A stretch of 64,000 nt of DNA. It comes from a virus. Positions within the stretch are counted from its first letter, which is position 1, and each line of letters opens with the position of its first letter. Under the pieces are notes generated by a model. The model had not been told where the DNA came from. It worked only from the letters and a program-made list of their open reading frames with translations, and made no database searches. A program made the translations under genes and the position numbers. Shown one piece after another: positions 29,423 through 40,900 of the stretch. The stretch lies in IMG/VR virus record IMGVR_UViG_3300042970_000016; one strand, written 5' to 3'.

Positions 29423-32400
29423 ATGAGTAAATTGGAAGACATCACTGCAGGATGTACAGTGAAAGGCATTATAGGCGATGAACCAGTTACGGTCGTTGCC
29501 GAGCAGTGGTATGGGAATAATGTCAAAGAAATCACATACAAAGATTCGAAAGGCGTGCCTGGAACGCAATTACTGCTCCGTGAAAATGAAGCAACATTGG
29601 AAGTGCTGTCTGGACATCTTCCGTGGAGTTTTGATGCAGATCCAAATCAGATGAAACTGGCATCTGAGGCTTACAGGATCAGTCTTGCACACCTCTTTGA
29701 TCCCTATCTTGCTGTGCACACATCTTCAATCGAGCCGCTGCCGCATCAGATCTCTGCAGTTTATCAGGAGATGCTGCCAAGAGTGCCACTGCGGTATGTT
29801 CTTGCAGATGACCCAGGAGCCGGCAAGACGATTATGACGGGCCTGTATATCAAGGAACTGATTGCACGAGGAGATCTGAAGCGTTGCCTCATTGTTTCTC
29901 CAGGCAGCCTTGTAGAGCAGTGGCAGGATGAGCTGTACTCGAAGTTTAATCTGAAATTTGAGATTCTCACCAATGATCGCATGGAGTCTGCTGTCAGCGG
30001 CAATATCTTCAATGAGGTCGATCATTGCATCTGCAGGATGGATAAGCTCGCCAGAAGTGATGATCTGCAGAACAAACTGAAGGTGACGGAATGGGATCTT
30101 ATAGTGGTCGATGAGGCACACAAGATGTCGGCTACGGTCTGGGGCGGAGAAGTCAAATATACCCGGAGATTTCAGTTGGGAAGACTGCTTTCCAATATCA
30201 CGCGCAATTATCTCCTGCTGACCGCGACACCTCACAATGGCAAGGAAGAAGATTTTGAGCTGTTCCTTTCTCTGGTGGATCCGGATCGATTTGAGGGCGT
30301 ACACCATTCCTCACACAAGTCTGTCGATGTCAGCGATGTGATGAGACGACTGGTTAAGGAAGAACTTCTGAAATTTGACGGTACTCCTCTGTTTCCGGAG
30401 CGCCGTGCCCACACAGTCAATTATGATCTGTCACCGATGGAATCGAAGCTCTATCAAGCCGTAACAGAATATGTGCGTGAGGAGTTTAACCGGGCGGATA
30501 AACTGAACAATGATCGCAAGGCGACCGTTGGTTTTGCTTTGACGATCCTGCAGCGAAGGCTTGCATCATCTCCAGAAGCAATCTACCAGTCTCTGAGACG
30601 AAGGCGTGAACGTTTGGAACACAGACTTGCCGAAGAGAAACTTGGCAAGAGGGCCAGCGAATACAAAGATCCCGACTGGGACGAAGATATGGACGAGGAC
30701 GATCTGTCCGCCGATGAGCAGGAACAGGTCGAAGATCGGGTTGTAGATCATGCTTCCGCTGCTGCGACGATTGCTGAACTCGAAGCAGAGATCAAGACAT
30801 TAAAGAAACTCGAGAAGATGGCAAATGATGTCCGCGTCAGTGGCGTCGATCGTAAGTGGGACGAGCTCTCGAAACTGCTTCAGGATAATTCCTTCATGTA
30901 TGGCAAGGATGGTCAAAGGGAGAAACTTATCATCTTTACAGAGCAGAAGGATACGCTGAACTATCTGGCAGAAAAGATCAGATCTCTTCTTGGCAACGAT
31001 GAAGCGGTGGTAACGATTCACGGCGGCATGATGCGTTCCGAGAGAAAGAAGGTCGAGGAGCTTTTCAAACAGGACAAGGCAGTCAGAATCCTGATTGCGA
31101 CAGATGCAGCAGGCGAAGGCATCAACCTGCAGAGAGCTCATTTGATGATCAACTATGACCTCCCGTGGAACCCGAATCGATTGGAACAACGCTTTGGCCG
31201 TATCCATAGAATCGGGCAGACCGAGGTCTGCCATCTCTGGAACCTCGTGGCTAACGAGACACGGGAAGGATATGTGTATCAGAGGCTTCTTGCAAAGCTC
31301 GAGGAAGAGAGGCAGGCACTTGGAGGCAAGGTCTTCGATATCTTAGGGAAGCTCACATTTAATAACAAATCTCTTCGGGATCTGATGGTGGAAGCCATCC
31401 GCTATGGCAATGACCCGGCGGTTAGAGCAAAGCTGAATCAAGTCGTGGATAAGTCCATGGATCCAGAAGTTTTCCGTCGCATGATCAAGGAGAATGCGCT
31501 GACAAATGATGTGATGGACGTCCACACAGTCAATCTCATCAAGGAAGATATGGAGAGGATGGAAGCACATAAGCTTCAGCCTTACTTTATTGAATCGTTC
31601 TTCCTCGAGGCATTCCAGAACCTTGGCGGTCGCATTCAGAAGAGGGAAAAAGGTAGGTATGAGATCACTTCAGTACCTTATTCTGTTAGGAACCGAGATG
31701 CGCAGATTGGAACTGGAGAACCAGTATTGAAGAGATACGAGAGAGTCTGCTTTGATAAACAGTACTGCTTTTTGGCGGGAAAACCGCAGGCTGATCTGCT
31801 TTGCCCTGGGCATCCTCTCCTGGAAGCTGTCATTGATATCGTAAAGGAGAAGAACATCGATGTCATGAAACGCGGCGCGGTCTTTGTAGATGACAACGAT
31901 TACAGCACTGATGCAAGACTGCTGTTTTACATCGAGGATGCTATCCAGGATGGGATCACTAATAAAGATGGTTCCCGCAGGATCATTTCGAAGAATATCC
32001 ACTTCGTAGAGCTCAGGGAAGACGGTACTGCTTCCAATGCAGGCTATGCACCGTATCTGGATTACAGAGCTGTGGATGAGGAAGAATATGCAGCAGTTCA
32101 AGAATGGATGGGGACGCAGAAATGGCTTAGTCAAGGAGTGGAAAATCAAGCAAAACAGTATGCGATCGAGAACCTGATACCACGACATTTCGCGGAAGTA
32201 AAAAAGCAGAAAGATGAACGGCTTAACAAGACAGAGAAAGCTGTGAAGGAAAGGTTAACAGCAGAGATCCAGTATTGGGATTTTCGTGCCGGAGAACTTG
32301 AAGAAAAAGAAAAAGCAGGTAAGGCGACCAATGCGAAGGTGAATTCAAAGCTTGCCAGGAGAAGAGCAGACGACTTGACCAGCAGATTAGTAAGTAGGCA

Positions 32401-32935
32401 GGCGGAAATTGAAAAAGAGCGGAAAATTTCTCCGCTGCCTCCTGTCATTACTGGCGGGGCGCTTGTTATTCCGAAGGGACTGTTGCATCAGTTGCTGCAC
32501 AAGCCGATGCCAGATACCTTCGGCGGCGAAGACAAGCAGAGCATGGAATATGCTGCGATGAATGCAGTAATGCATATTGAATCTGAGATGGGATTTAAAC
32601 CAACGGATGTAAGTGCGGAAAAGTGTGGATACGATGTCGAGTCCTATATTCCGGAAGGCATGAGAAAAAGGGCAACTGCATATGCACTCAGATTCATTGA
32701 AGTAAAAGGAAGAAAGAAAGGCGCAACATCAGTGACGGTCAGCAGAAATGAAGTATTGACAGCGCTGAACCGTCCGGAAGAATTCATACTGGCGATTGTT
32801 GAAGTAGATGGAGATAAGACGCACACCATCTATTTGAAACATCCGTTTAAAAACGCATTGGATAACACTGCTGCAAGCTGCAATTATGAAATTCAAGATT
32901 TGATAAAGGAATCGGAAGTCCTGTATCAGAAGTGA
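29423..32935 (+). CDS. SNF2 helicase with C-terminal DUF3883 (PD-(D/E)xK) nuclease domain
   Basis: LADDPGAGKT, VVDEAHK, LTATPH, QRFGRIHRIGQ; C-terminal GYDVES...FIEVKG. Confidence 0.92.
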   Translation: MSKLEDITAGCTVKGIIGDEPVTVVAEQWYGNNVKEITYKDSKGVPGTQLLLRENEATLEVLSGHLPWSFDADPNQMKLASEAYRISLAHLFDPYLAVHTSSIEPLPHQISAVYQEMLPRVPLRYVLADDPGAGKTIMTGLYIKELIARGDLKRCLIVSPGSLVEQWQDELYSKFNLKFEILTNDRMESAVSGNIFNEVDHCICRMDKLARSDDLQNKLKVTEWDLIVVDEAHKMSATVWGGEVKYTRRFQLGRLLSNITRNYLLLTATPHNGKEEDFELFLSLVDPDRFEGVHHSSHKSVDVSDVMRRLVKEELLKFDGTPLFPERRAHTVNYDLSPMESKLYQAVTEYVREEFNRADKLNNDRKATVGFALTILQRRLASSPEAIYQSLRRRRERLEHRLAEEKLGKRASEYKDPDWDEDMDEDDLSADEQEQVEDRVVDHASAAATIAELEAEIKTLKKLEKMANDVRVSGVDRKWDELSKLLQDNSFMYGKDGQREKLIIFTEQKDTLNYLAEKIRSLLGNDEAVVTIHGGMMRSERKKVEELFKQDKAVRILIATDAAGEGINLQRAHLMINYDLPWNPNRLEQRFGRIHRIGQTEVCHLWNLVANETREGYVYQRLLAKLEEERQALGGKVFDILGKLTFNNKSLRDLMVEAIRYGNDPAVRAKLNQVVDKSMDPEVFRRMIKENALTNDVMDVHTVNLIKEDMERMEAHKLQPYFIESFFLEAFQNLGGRIQKREKGRYEITSVPYSVRNRDAQIGTGEPVLKRYERVCFDKQYCFLAGKPQADLLCPGHPLLEAVIDIVKEKNIDVMKRGAVFVDDNDYSTDARLLFYIEDAIQDGITNKDGSRRIISKNIHFVELREDGTASNAGYAPYLDYRAVDEEEYAAVQEWMGTQKWLSQGVENQAKQYAIENLIPRHFAEVKKQKDERLNKTEKAVKERLTAEIQYWDFRAGELEEKEKAGKATNAKVNSKLARRRADDLTSRLVSRQAEIEKERKISPLPPVITGGALVIPKGLLHQLLHKPMPDTFGGEDKQSMEYAAMNAVMHIESEMGFKPTDVSAEKCGYDVESYIPEGMRKRATAYALRFIEVKGRKKGATSVTVSRNEVLTALNRPEEFILAIVEVDGDKTHTIYLKHPFKNALDNTAASCNYEIQDLIKESEVLYQK

Positions 32936-32942
32936 GGGAGAT

Positions 32943-35738
32943 ATGGCTGTCAAGAAACTGATAGAGGTGGCACTGCCACTGGATAAAATTAATGAAGCCT
33001 CTGCTAGGGAAAAATCAATTCGCCACGGGCATCCGTCAACACTTCATCTCTGGTGGGCTAGACGACCTCTTGCAGCTGCTCGTGCGGTGATATTTGCATC
33101 TATTATTGATGACCCTTCTTCACATCCTGAAAAATTTCCTACTGAAGTGGAGCAGGCGAGAGAAAGAGATAGACTATTTTCTATCATTAATGAACTTGTG
33201 TTATGGGAGAATACGTCAAATGACGAAATGCTGGATAAGGCAAGAAAAGAGATATTAAAAGCGACCAATAATAATCCGCCTGCATTGTTAGATCCATTTG
33301 CAGGCGGAGGTACTATTCCAATGGAGGCTCAGAGGTTAGGACTTGCAGCATATGCCCACGATCTAAATCCAGTTGCTGTAATGATCAATAAAGCGTCCAT
33401 TGAGATTCCGCCCAAGTTTAATAATTTAAAACCCGTAAATCCAGAATCTAATCGCATGCATTTATCTAACAATGGGTGGCATGGCTTATCAGGAATGATA
33501 GATGATGTCATTTATTACGGAAAATGGATCAAAGAAAAAGCCTTTAGTGAAATTGGATATATGTATCCTCAAATTAAAGTGCCAGAGGGACAGGGAGGTG
33601 GAAAGACTAATGCTGTTGCATGGATTTGGACAAGAACAGTAAAATGCCCTAATCCTGCATGTGGATGTGAAATGCCTTTAGCAAATAGTTTTATATTATC
33701 GAAAAAGAAGGGAAATGAGGCGTATGTCGACCCTGTTTTTGATTATAGTAGCAAAAAAATAAGTTATAAAGTTAGAATGGGAGGATCAAAGCCAAAGATT
33801 GAGCCGAAACTTGGTAGAGGGGCAAATTTTAGATGCATAATGTGTGGTGAAACTGCTACACCAGATTATATTAAAAATGAAGCTTCATCCGGAAGAATGG
33901 GATCTGTTCTTATTGGAGTAATAGGCGAAGGAAAAAAGGGCAGGGTTTTTGTGACTCCTGACGAAGAGCAAATATCAGCTGCGAATGTTGCAAAGCCAGA
34001 TCAATTTCCGACTGGAAAGTTGAGTGATGATCGAAGAGCTCTTTGGACTCCTATTTACGGATTAGATACATTTGACAAATTGTTTTCTAATCGGCAATTA
34101 ACCACTATGACAGTTTTGAGCCGACTAGTGAGCGATGTAATACCGGTAATAGAAAAAGATGCTATTGCTGCAGGAATGAGGGACGATCATATATCCCTTA
34201 ATAAAGGAGGAACTGGCGCTAAGGCATATAGTGAGGCAATAGCGGTGTATCTTTCGTTCGCTGTGGATAGAGAAGCTAATTACTGCTCGACGCAAAATGG
34301 TTGGAGTGGGGATTTCATCATTCAAGTTTTCGGAAGACAAGGAATTCCTATGGTCTGGGACTATGCAGAAAGTAATCCCTTTTCAAACTCCACAGGTAAT
34401 TTTGAAGGGGCAATAAAATGGGTTGCTGATGCAATGACTTCATTACCAGCTAATATCCCGGGGGTGGCAGAACAACATGACGCTCAGACCGATTGCGGTT
34501 TAAGAAATGTTATTGTTTCTACTGATCCACCTTATTATGACAATATTGGATATGCAGATTTATCTGATTATTTTTATATATGGATGAGATGCTCGTTAAA
34601 AGCGATTTATCCACAATTGTTTTCGACGATGTTGGTTCCAAAGGCGGAAGAACTGGTAGCCGTTCCTTATAGGTTCAATGGAAATAGTGAAGCTGCAAAG
34701 GAATTCTTTGAAGATGGGATGTTGGCTACATGCAAACAAATTTATAATTATGCAGATGAAAGTTATCCAATAACTATTTACTATGCTTACAAGCAAAATA
34801 ACAGTAAAGAAAATGGTGCTGAATCAAAGAAAACTTCTGATGGTTGGGAGACCATGCTAACTTCAATCATCAAAGCGAATCTAATGATTACAGGTACATG
34901 GCCTATTCATACCGAAAGGGAGACCGGACTGAAAGCACATGTAAATGCATTAGCATCTTCTATTGTACTAGTTTGCCGTAAACGGCCTGAAAAAGCACCC
35001 GTAACAACGCGACGTAATCTGATTACTGAGCTTCGAAAAGAACTCCGCCCCGAATTAAAAAGGCTTCAGGATAGTAATATTGCTCCTGTCGACCTTGCGC
35101 AGGCTGCCATTGGACCTGGTATGAGCGTATTCAGCAAGTATAGTCAAGTCTTAGAGGCAGATGGTACACCGATGACAGTTCGCAGTGCGCAGCAGATTAT
35201 CAATGAAGAGGTTGATGCATATTTCAACGAACGTGTCGGCAACATGGACTCTGAGAGTCGTTTCTGTGTGGATCTCTATACGCAATTCGCATATAACGAT
35301 GTCAAATATGGCGAGGCCGAGGTACTTGCAAATGCGAAGGGTGTTTCCATTGCCACCATGGCCTCCCATGGAGCCCTATACGCGAAAGCCGGCATTGTTC
35401 ATCTGGTAGAACGCAAAGATCTTCCTACAAATGTCAGCAACACAGAATCCAACGTTTGGCTTCTAACTCAGCAGTTAACGTACACTATGGAGAAGACAGG
35501 TATAGATGGTTGTGCAAAGATAGTTGCTTCGATGTTTGGAGGAAATGCTGAAAATGCAAAGGATATGGCTTATCGGCTTTATACCATTGCAGAGAAGAAG
35601 AAGTGGACCAATGAGGCCTATGCTTATAATGCTTTAGTTGTTGCTTGGCCTGACATTCAGATGAAGGCTGCTGATATACAGAAAGAAACACCACAGCAGA
35701 TGAGCATATTCGACTACATGGATTCTAATGACCAGTAA
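32943..35738 (+). CDS. DUF1156 adenine DNA methyltransferase (931 aa)
   Basis: GHPSTLHLWWARRPL, DPFAGGG motif I, TDPPYYDN catalytic motif, Zn ribbons. Confidence 0.92.
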   Translation: MAVKKLIEVALPLDKINEASAREKSIRHGHPSTLHLWWARRPLAAARAVIFASIIDDPSSHPEKFPTEVEQARERDRLFSIINELVLWENTSNDEMLDKARKEILKATNNNPPALLDPFAGGGTIPMEAQRLGLAAYAHDLNPVAVMINKASIEIPPKFNNLKPVNPESNRMHLSNNGWHGLSGMIDDVIYYGKWIKEKAFSEIGYMYPQIKVPEGQGGGKTNAVAWIWTRTVKCPNPACGCEMPLANSFILSKKKGNEAYVDPVFDYSSKKISYKVRMGGSKPKIEPKLGRGANFRCIMCGETATPDYIKNEASSGRMGSVLIGVIGEGKKGRVFVTPDEEQISAANVAKPDQFPTGKLSDDRRALWTPIYGLDTFDKLFSNRQLTTMTVLSRLVSDVIPVIEKDAIAAGMRDDHISLNKGGTGAKAYSEAIAVYLSFAVDREANYCSTQNGWSGDFIIQVFGRQGIPMVWDYAESNPFSNSTGNFEGAIKWVADAMTSLPANIPGVAEQHDAQTDCGLRNVIVSTDPPYYDNIGYADLSDYFYIWMRCSLKAIYPQLFSTMLVPKAEELVAVPYRFNGNSEAAKEFFEDGMLATCKQIYNYADESYPITIYYAYKQNNSKENGAESKKTSDGWETMLTSIIKANLMITGTWPIHTERETGLKAHVNALASSIVLVCRKRPEKAPVTTRRNLITELRKELRPELKRLQDSNIAPVDLAQAAIGPGMSVFSKYSQVLEADGTPMTVRSAQQIINEEVDAYFNERVGNMDSESRFCVDLYTQFAYNDVKYGEAEVLANAKGVSIATMASHGALYAKAGIVHLVERKDLPTNVSNTESNVWLLTQQLTYTMEKTGIDGCAKIVASMFGGNAENAKDMAYRLYTIAEKKKWTNEAYAYNALVVAWPDIQMKAADIQKETPQQMSIFDYMDSNDQ

Positions 35739-35768
35739 GCTGCTTGAAAGGAGAAGCATAACCGATTA

Positions 35769-37904
35769 ATGAAAAAAACAATAGAGACGATGCTTCCCCT
35801 GAGCAAAGTCAATGAACTTACAGTCAGTGAAAAAGTAAGGAAAGGGCATCCTGGGAAACTTCATCCATGGTGGAATCGAGGACCGATTGATTCTTCTATC
35901 GAGATTCTGAAGGCTTTAATAACGGCTGATAATAACGCTAGCTCTGATTCATCAGAACGTCTAGGTAGCAATTTTATTATCAGCGATCCATTTTCCGGTT
36001 TTGGCGGGTTTGCACTGGCTTCTCAGAGATTGGGACTTCAATGTAAGGCCAGTGATCTGAATTCTGTAGCGGTGCTTCTATCGAAGGCAGTGACAGAAAT
36101 TCCAGCAAGATTTACTGGAAATCATCCTGTCAGTCCGAAGGCTGAGAGTAAATTGTATTTCAAAACTGAGGGACTTGCAGAGGATGTTCTTTGTTATGGA
36201 GAAGACTTAAAAGGGAAGGCACAGGAGAAGCTTTCTACAGCATATCCGGATGAAGAATCAAATGCATTTGCATGGGTGTGGGTGCGCACGATTAAGTGCC
36301 CCAATCCTGCATGTGGGTGTGATATACCTGCAGGTACGAGCTTCATCTTATCGAAGACCAAAGGTCATGAATACTGGGCGGAACCGGTGGTAGATGGAAA
36401 GAAGGTTTATTTTAGGGTCCACCAAGGTATCTGCCCAGAAGAGAAAGAAACAAATCGATTCGGGAAAGCAGGAGCTAAGTTTCGCTGCCCGGTCTGCGGG
36501 CAGATCACGCGGGAAGCAGAGGTAAAAAAAGAGGGGAAGCTTGGTCTACAGTTGATGGCCGTCTGCCTTTCAACGAAGGAAGGAAAGATATTTGTTGAGC
36601 CCGACGAAGTGCAGATCAAGGCTGCAGATACGGTAGCAGTTGATGGTGTGCCGATCGGTTCTCTGCCGAAGAATTCCAGATGGTTCAGCCCGAGGCTCTA
36701 CGGCATGACAGAATACACGGATCTGTACACGCCAAGGCAGATGCTACTCATGACAACACTATGTGATCTAGTGGATGCTGAGATTGCTGAAGCAACTAAT
36801 GATGCACTTCAGGCAGGTATGGCGGACGATGGGATTCCGCTTCAGGACGGCGGAACCGGAGCACTCGCATATGGCCAAGCTGTCGGTGTGTATCTTTCTC
36901 TGGCCATCAGTGGGCATGCAGACTTTCAGTCTTCTCTTTGTTCTTGGGATAACAGGCATGGGAATATCAGGGCGGCATTTATGATGCAGGCTCTTCCCAT
37001 GACCTGGGTATTTGGAGAGACAAATCCATTCGCATCAGCAACTGGCAACATCAGTTCTCAGATCAGGAATGCAGCAGAAGTTCTGTCTCATATGGATCCG
37101 GTTGCGGGTACAGAGGTTACACAAGAGAATGCCATGACAGCATCCTATCCGGACCACGCTGTCATGTTTACGGAGCTACCGTATTATGACAATGTAGGAT
37201 ATGCGGACCTTTCGGATTACTTCTACATTTGGTTGAGACGATGTTTGAAGAATGTTTATCCTATGCTGTTTGATAAAGTGGTCACTTCTAAGGAGGAGCT
37301 CTGCTCGATCCCGGAGCACTACGGTGGAGATCAGGCGAAAGCTATTGCAGGATATCGGAAAGGGTTGGAGGAACTGTTCCGTAACTTCTATCGACAATGT
37401 AACAGTGATGATCCTTCTTTGGTTTTCTTCCTGTTCGGTGAAGAAGATAAAGCGAAAATTGCAATGGATCACGAAGAGAGTATGTCTGCATTTGAGCATT
37501 TGATCTTCAGTATTACACAGGCAAGATTTGCAGTAACAGCTATATGGCCGCTGCGGGCAGAGCTATTGGAGAATGCAAAGACACCGGTTCGTGTGGCAGT
37601 GGTTTTCCGCAGACAATATGGCAAGGAAGGAACGACCAAGCGCGGATTGATCAATTCCCTGAAACGGGAAATGCCTGCGGAAATGGACAAACTCACTGCT
37701 GCAGGAATTGCCAAAGAGGATCTGATGATTGCAGGCCTTGGCAAGGGGATGCAGATCTTCTCGAAATACAGTCAGGTAATCAATGCAGATGGATCAAAGC
37801 CGGAGATACACGATGTACTTCAGCTCATTCACCACGAGGTCATGGAATATATCAGCCTGCACGAAACAGAGCAGGTGAGGGAGGACAGCAATGAAGAATG
37901 TTGA
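35769..37904 (+). CDS. Second DUF1156 paralogue with altered catalytic motif (711 aa)
   Basis: GHPGKLHPWWNRGP, DPFSGFG, TELPYYDNVGYADLSDYFYIW; collinear with the upstream paralogue. Confidence 0.85.
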   Translation: MKKTIETMLPLSKVNELTVSEKVRKGHPGKLHPWWNRGPIDSSIEILKALITADNNASSDSSERLGSNFIISDPFSGFGGFALASQRLGLQCKASDLNSVAVLLSKAVTEIPARFTGNHPVSPKAESKLYFKTEGLAEDVLCYGEDLKGKAQEKLSTAYPDEESNAFAWVWVRTIKCPNPACGCDIPAGTSFILSKTKGHEYWAEPVVDGKKVYFRVHQGICPEEKETNRFGKAGAKFRCPVCGQITREAEVKKEGKLGLQLMAVCLSTKEGKIFVEPDEVQIKAADTVAVDGVPIGSLPKNSRWFSPRLYGMTEYTDLYTPRQMLLMTTLCDLVDAEIAEATNDALQAGMADDGIPLQDGGTGALAYGQAVGVYLSLAISGHADFQSSLCSWDNRHGNIRAAFMMQALPMTWVFGETNPFASATGNISSQIRNAAEVLSHMDPVAGTEVTQENAMTASYPDHAVMFTELPYYDNVGYADLSDYFYIWLRRCLKNVYPMLFDKVVTSKEELCSIPEHYGGDQAKAIAGYRKGLEELFRNFYRQCNSDDPSLVFFLFGEEDKAKIAMDHEESMSAFEHLIFSITQARFAVTAIWPLRAELLENAKTPVRVAVVFRRQYGKEGTTKRGLINSLKREMPAEMDKLTAAGIAKEDLMIAGLGKGMQIFSKYSQVINADGSKPEIHDVLQLIHHEVMEYISLHETEQVREDSNEEC

Positions 37905-40900
37905 TCTTATTCAGAAGGGGTTTCAGATTCTACTTCCGAAACTGGAGAATTATATCTGTCAGGAAATGAGGGGACAGTATGGCGACGAGTGGTGGGAAGA
38001 GGCACGCAGCTCGCTGAGTGATCAGTATGGTCTGCCCGATGATGGCACGGACGAAAAACTTATGTCAAGCCTTGATGTGGCGAACTGTCTGCGGCTGATT
38101 GACCGCCAGTGGAGGAGTGTATTCAGCCTTAAGATGACCAAGAGCCACAGAAACTGGGCTTCGGAACTGATGGAGGCTAGAAACAGGGTATCGCATATCG
38201 GAAGCGAAGACCTTGATCAGCAGTACACAGAGCGCACACTTGATACCATGGCGCTTCTGTGTGAATCCATCGATGCGGAAGCAACGAGCCAGATCCGCAC
38301 CATGTACCGGCAATTGCGGTATGACTCTGTACAGGAAGCAGCTGTAGACAAGAAGAAGGTAAAGGCGGCTGTGCTCACTTCAAAAGTGGGGCAGAGCCTC
38401 CCAAGCTGGCGGGACGTGATCAAGCCGCATACCGATGTCGCAGAGGGAAGATACAAGGCGGCAGAGTTCGCCGCTGACCTGGCACAGGTTGCCCGTGGAG
38501 AAGGAGCATATGAATACCGCGATCCTGTTGAATTCTTCCATCGCACCTATGTGACGGAAGGTATGTCCGGATTGCTGCTGGAGGCATTGCGCCGTGTGAC
38601 CGGACAAGGAGGAGAGCCGGTTATTCAGCTGAAGACTGCCTTCGGTGGGGGCAAGACGCACAGCATGCTGGCTCTTTACCATATGCTCCATGGCAATGCG
38701 ACAATCGATGAAATTCCAGATCTGAAGCCGATTCTGGAAAGGACAGGTCTTCAGGAGTTGCCGAAGGTTAATATTGCGGTCCTTGTTGGAACCGCAATGG
38801 ATCCGACGAAGAAGAAGAATCCTGCTAATTTCCCGGGATATACGGTCAGCACGATCTGGGGGGAAATGGCGTATCAGCTTGTTACGGCAGCTGGTAAGCC
38901 TGATCTGTATGCCAAATATATCAGGGATTCTGACCGTAAGGGGGTCTCGCCGGGATCAGAGAATCTCAAAAACTTCTTCAACGAATGTGGTCCGTGCCTT
39001 GTACTCATGGACGAGCTTGTCGCCTATGCAAGGAAACTGTATGGAAAGACGGATCTTCCTGCCGGTACCTATGAGAACTTCATTACGTTTGTTCAGGAGA
39101 TCACCGAAGCCGCAAGGGCCAGCGAGAACAGCCTGGTTGTAGCTTCTATCCCGGAATCCGACATTGAGATTGGTGGAGAGGCCGGCAGAGGCGTTCTTGA
39201 GACCATCGAGCATACCTTTGGCCGTATGGAATCCATCTGGAAGCCGGTTGCAGCCAATGAGGGATTTGAGGTTGTACGCAGACGTCTCTTCGAAGACTGT
39301 AAGGACGTGGTGGCCAGAGATGAGGTCTGTGAAGCTTTCAGTGCCATGTATCAGGAAAACGAAGAAGATTTCTCGATTGAAGCGAAGGAAGTGGACTACA
39401 AGCAGAAGCTGATCTCCTGCTATCCGATCCATCCGGAAGTTTTCGAGAGACTGTATGGTGACTGGGCGACACTGGAACATTTCCAGAGAACCAGAGGCGT
39501 ACTGCGACTGATGGCTGCAGTCATTCATGAGCTGTGGATGGCAGATGATGAGAGCGCCATGATTATGCCGGGGTCGCTTCCACTCGATATGCCAAACGTA
39601 CGCGATGAGCTGGTCCGTTATCTTCCTGATACATGGAACAGTATCATCGACCGTGAAGTTGACGGTAAGGATTCAATACCCTATCAGAAAGACCAAGCTA
39701 ATATCCGGTACGGCCAGCATCTTTCCTGTAGAAGAGTTGCACGCACGATTATGCTTGGCAGTGCGCCCAGTACATCAGCTCTCCGAGATCAGGGCCTGCG
39801 TGGTCTTGAGATTTCCAGAATCATGCTGGGAACCGTTCAGCCGGGTGAGAGCGTCGCCAACTTCAAGGACGCATTAAATACATTACATGGCTCCCTGTCC
39901 TATCTCTACAACAGCAGCAATGGTGCAAGGTACTGGTATGACACCAAGCCGACACTCCGGAAAACTGCGGAGGACCGCGCCACGCAGTTCTCGCAGGCCG
40001 ATGTAGAGATGGAGATTGAGAGCAGATTGAAGAAGATCCGCAGAGAGGCTCCTTTCTCAGGTGTGCATATCTGCCCTGCTACGTCAAATGATGTTCCGGA
40101 TGATCAGGCGGCAAGGCTTGTTATTTTGCGGCCTTGTGATTTCTATATCCGTAGAAAAGATGACTGTGCGGCCATGACAGCGGCAAAAGACATCCTCGAT
40201 AACAGAGGAACGTCACCGCGTCTCTACCGGAATATGCTTGCTTTCATGGCAGCAGATGGGGATAAGCTTGGAGCTCTTGAGCAGGAAGTGAAGCGCTTTA
40301 AGGCGTGGTCTTCTATTCTGTCTGATAAGGACGAGCTGAATCTAGACGGAAACCAGGTAAGGGAGACAGAGAGTAATCTGAATCGTAGCAACACCACGGT
40401 AGAAGCTCGCTTAAAGGAGGCTTATTGCTGGCTTCTCGTTCCCAGTATCGACAGGGATGAGGATGTAAAGAAGATCATTTGGGACATCAACGATGTCGGC
40501 GGTGGAACAGACAGCATTGTCAGTAAAGCTGCTAGAAAGATGGAACAGTCCGACCAGATCATCACAAGATGGGCACCTGTCATGTTGCAGATGGAGCTGG
40601 ATCAGTTGCTTTGGAAGGATTCTGATCACATCCAGGTTAATCAGCTCTGGAACTACCTTTGCACGTACTGCTATCTCTCCAAACTCGCGAGCAAATCCGT
40701 ATTGGAGGAGACGATTTCACAGGGAGTAGCATCTGATCAGTATTTTGCAATTGCGGCAGCATATGACAGCGACAATCATCGGTACAGAGATCTGAAATAT
40801 GGTCAGACTGTCTTTGCAATTAACCCCACCGATCTTCTGGTAAAGATGGATGTTGCAAAAAAGCAGAAAGAGGAAGAGAGAAAAGCTGCTGAGGAAGAGG

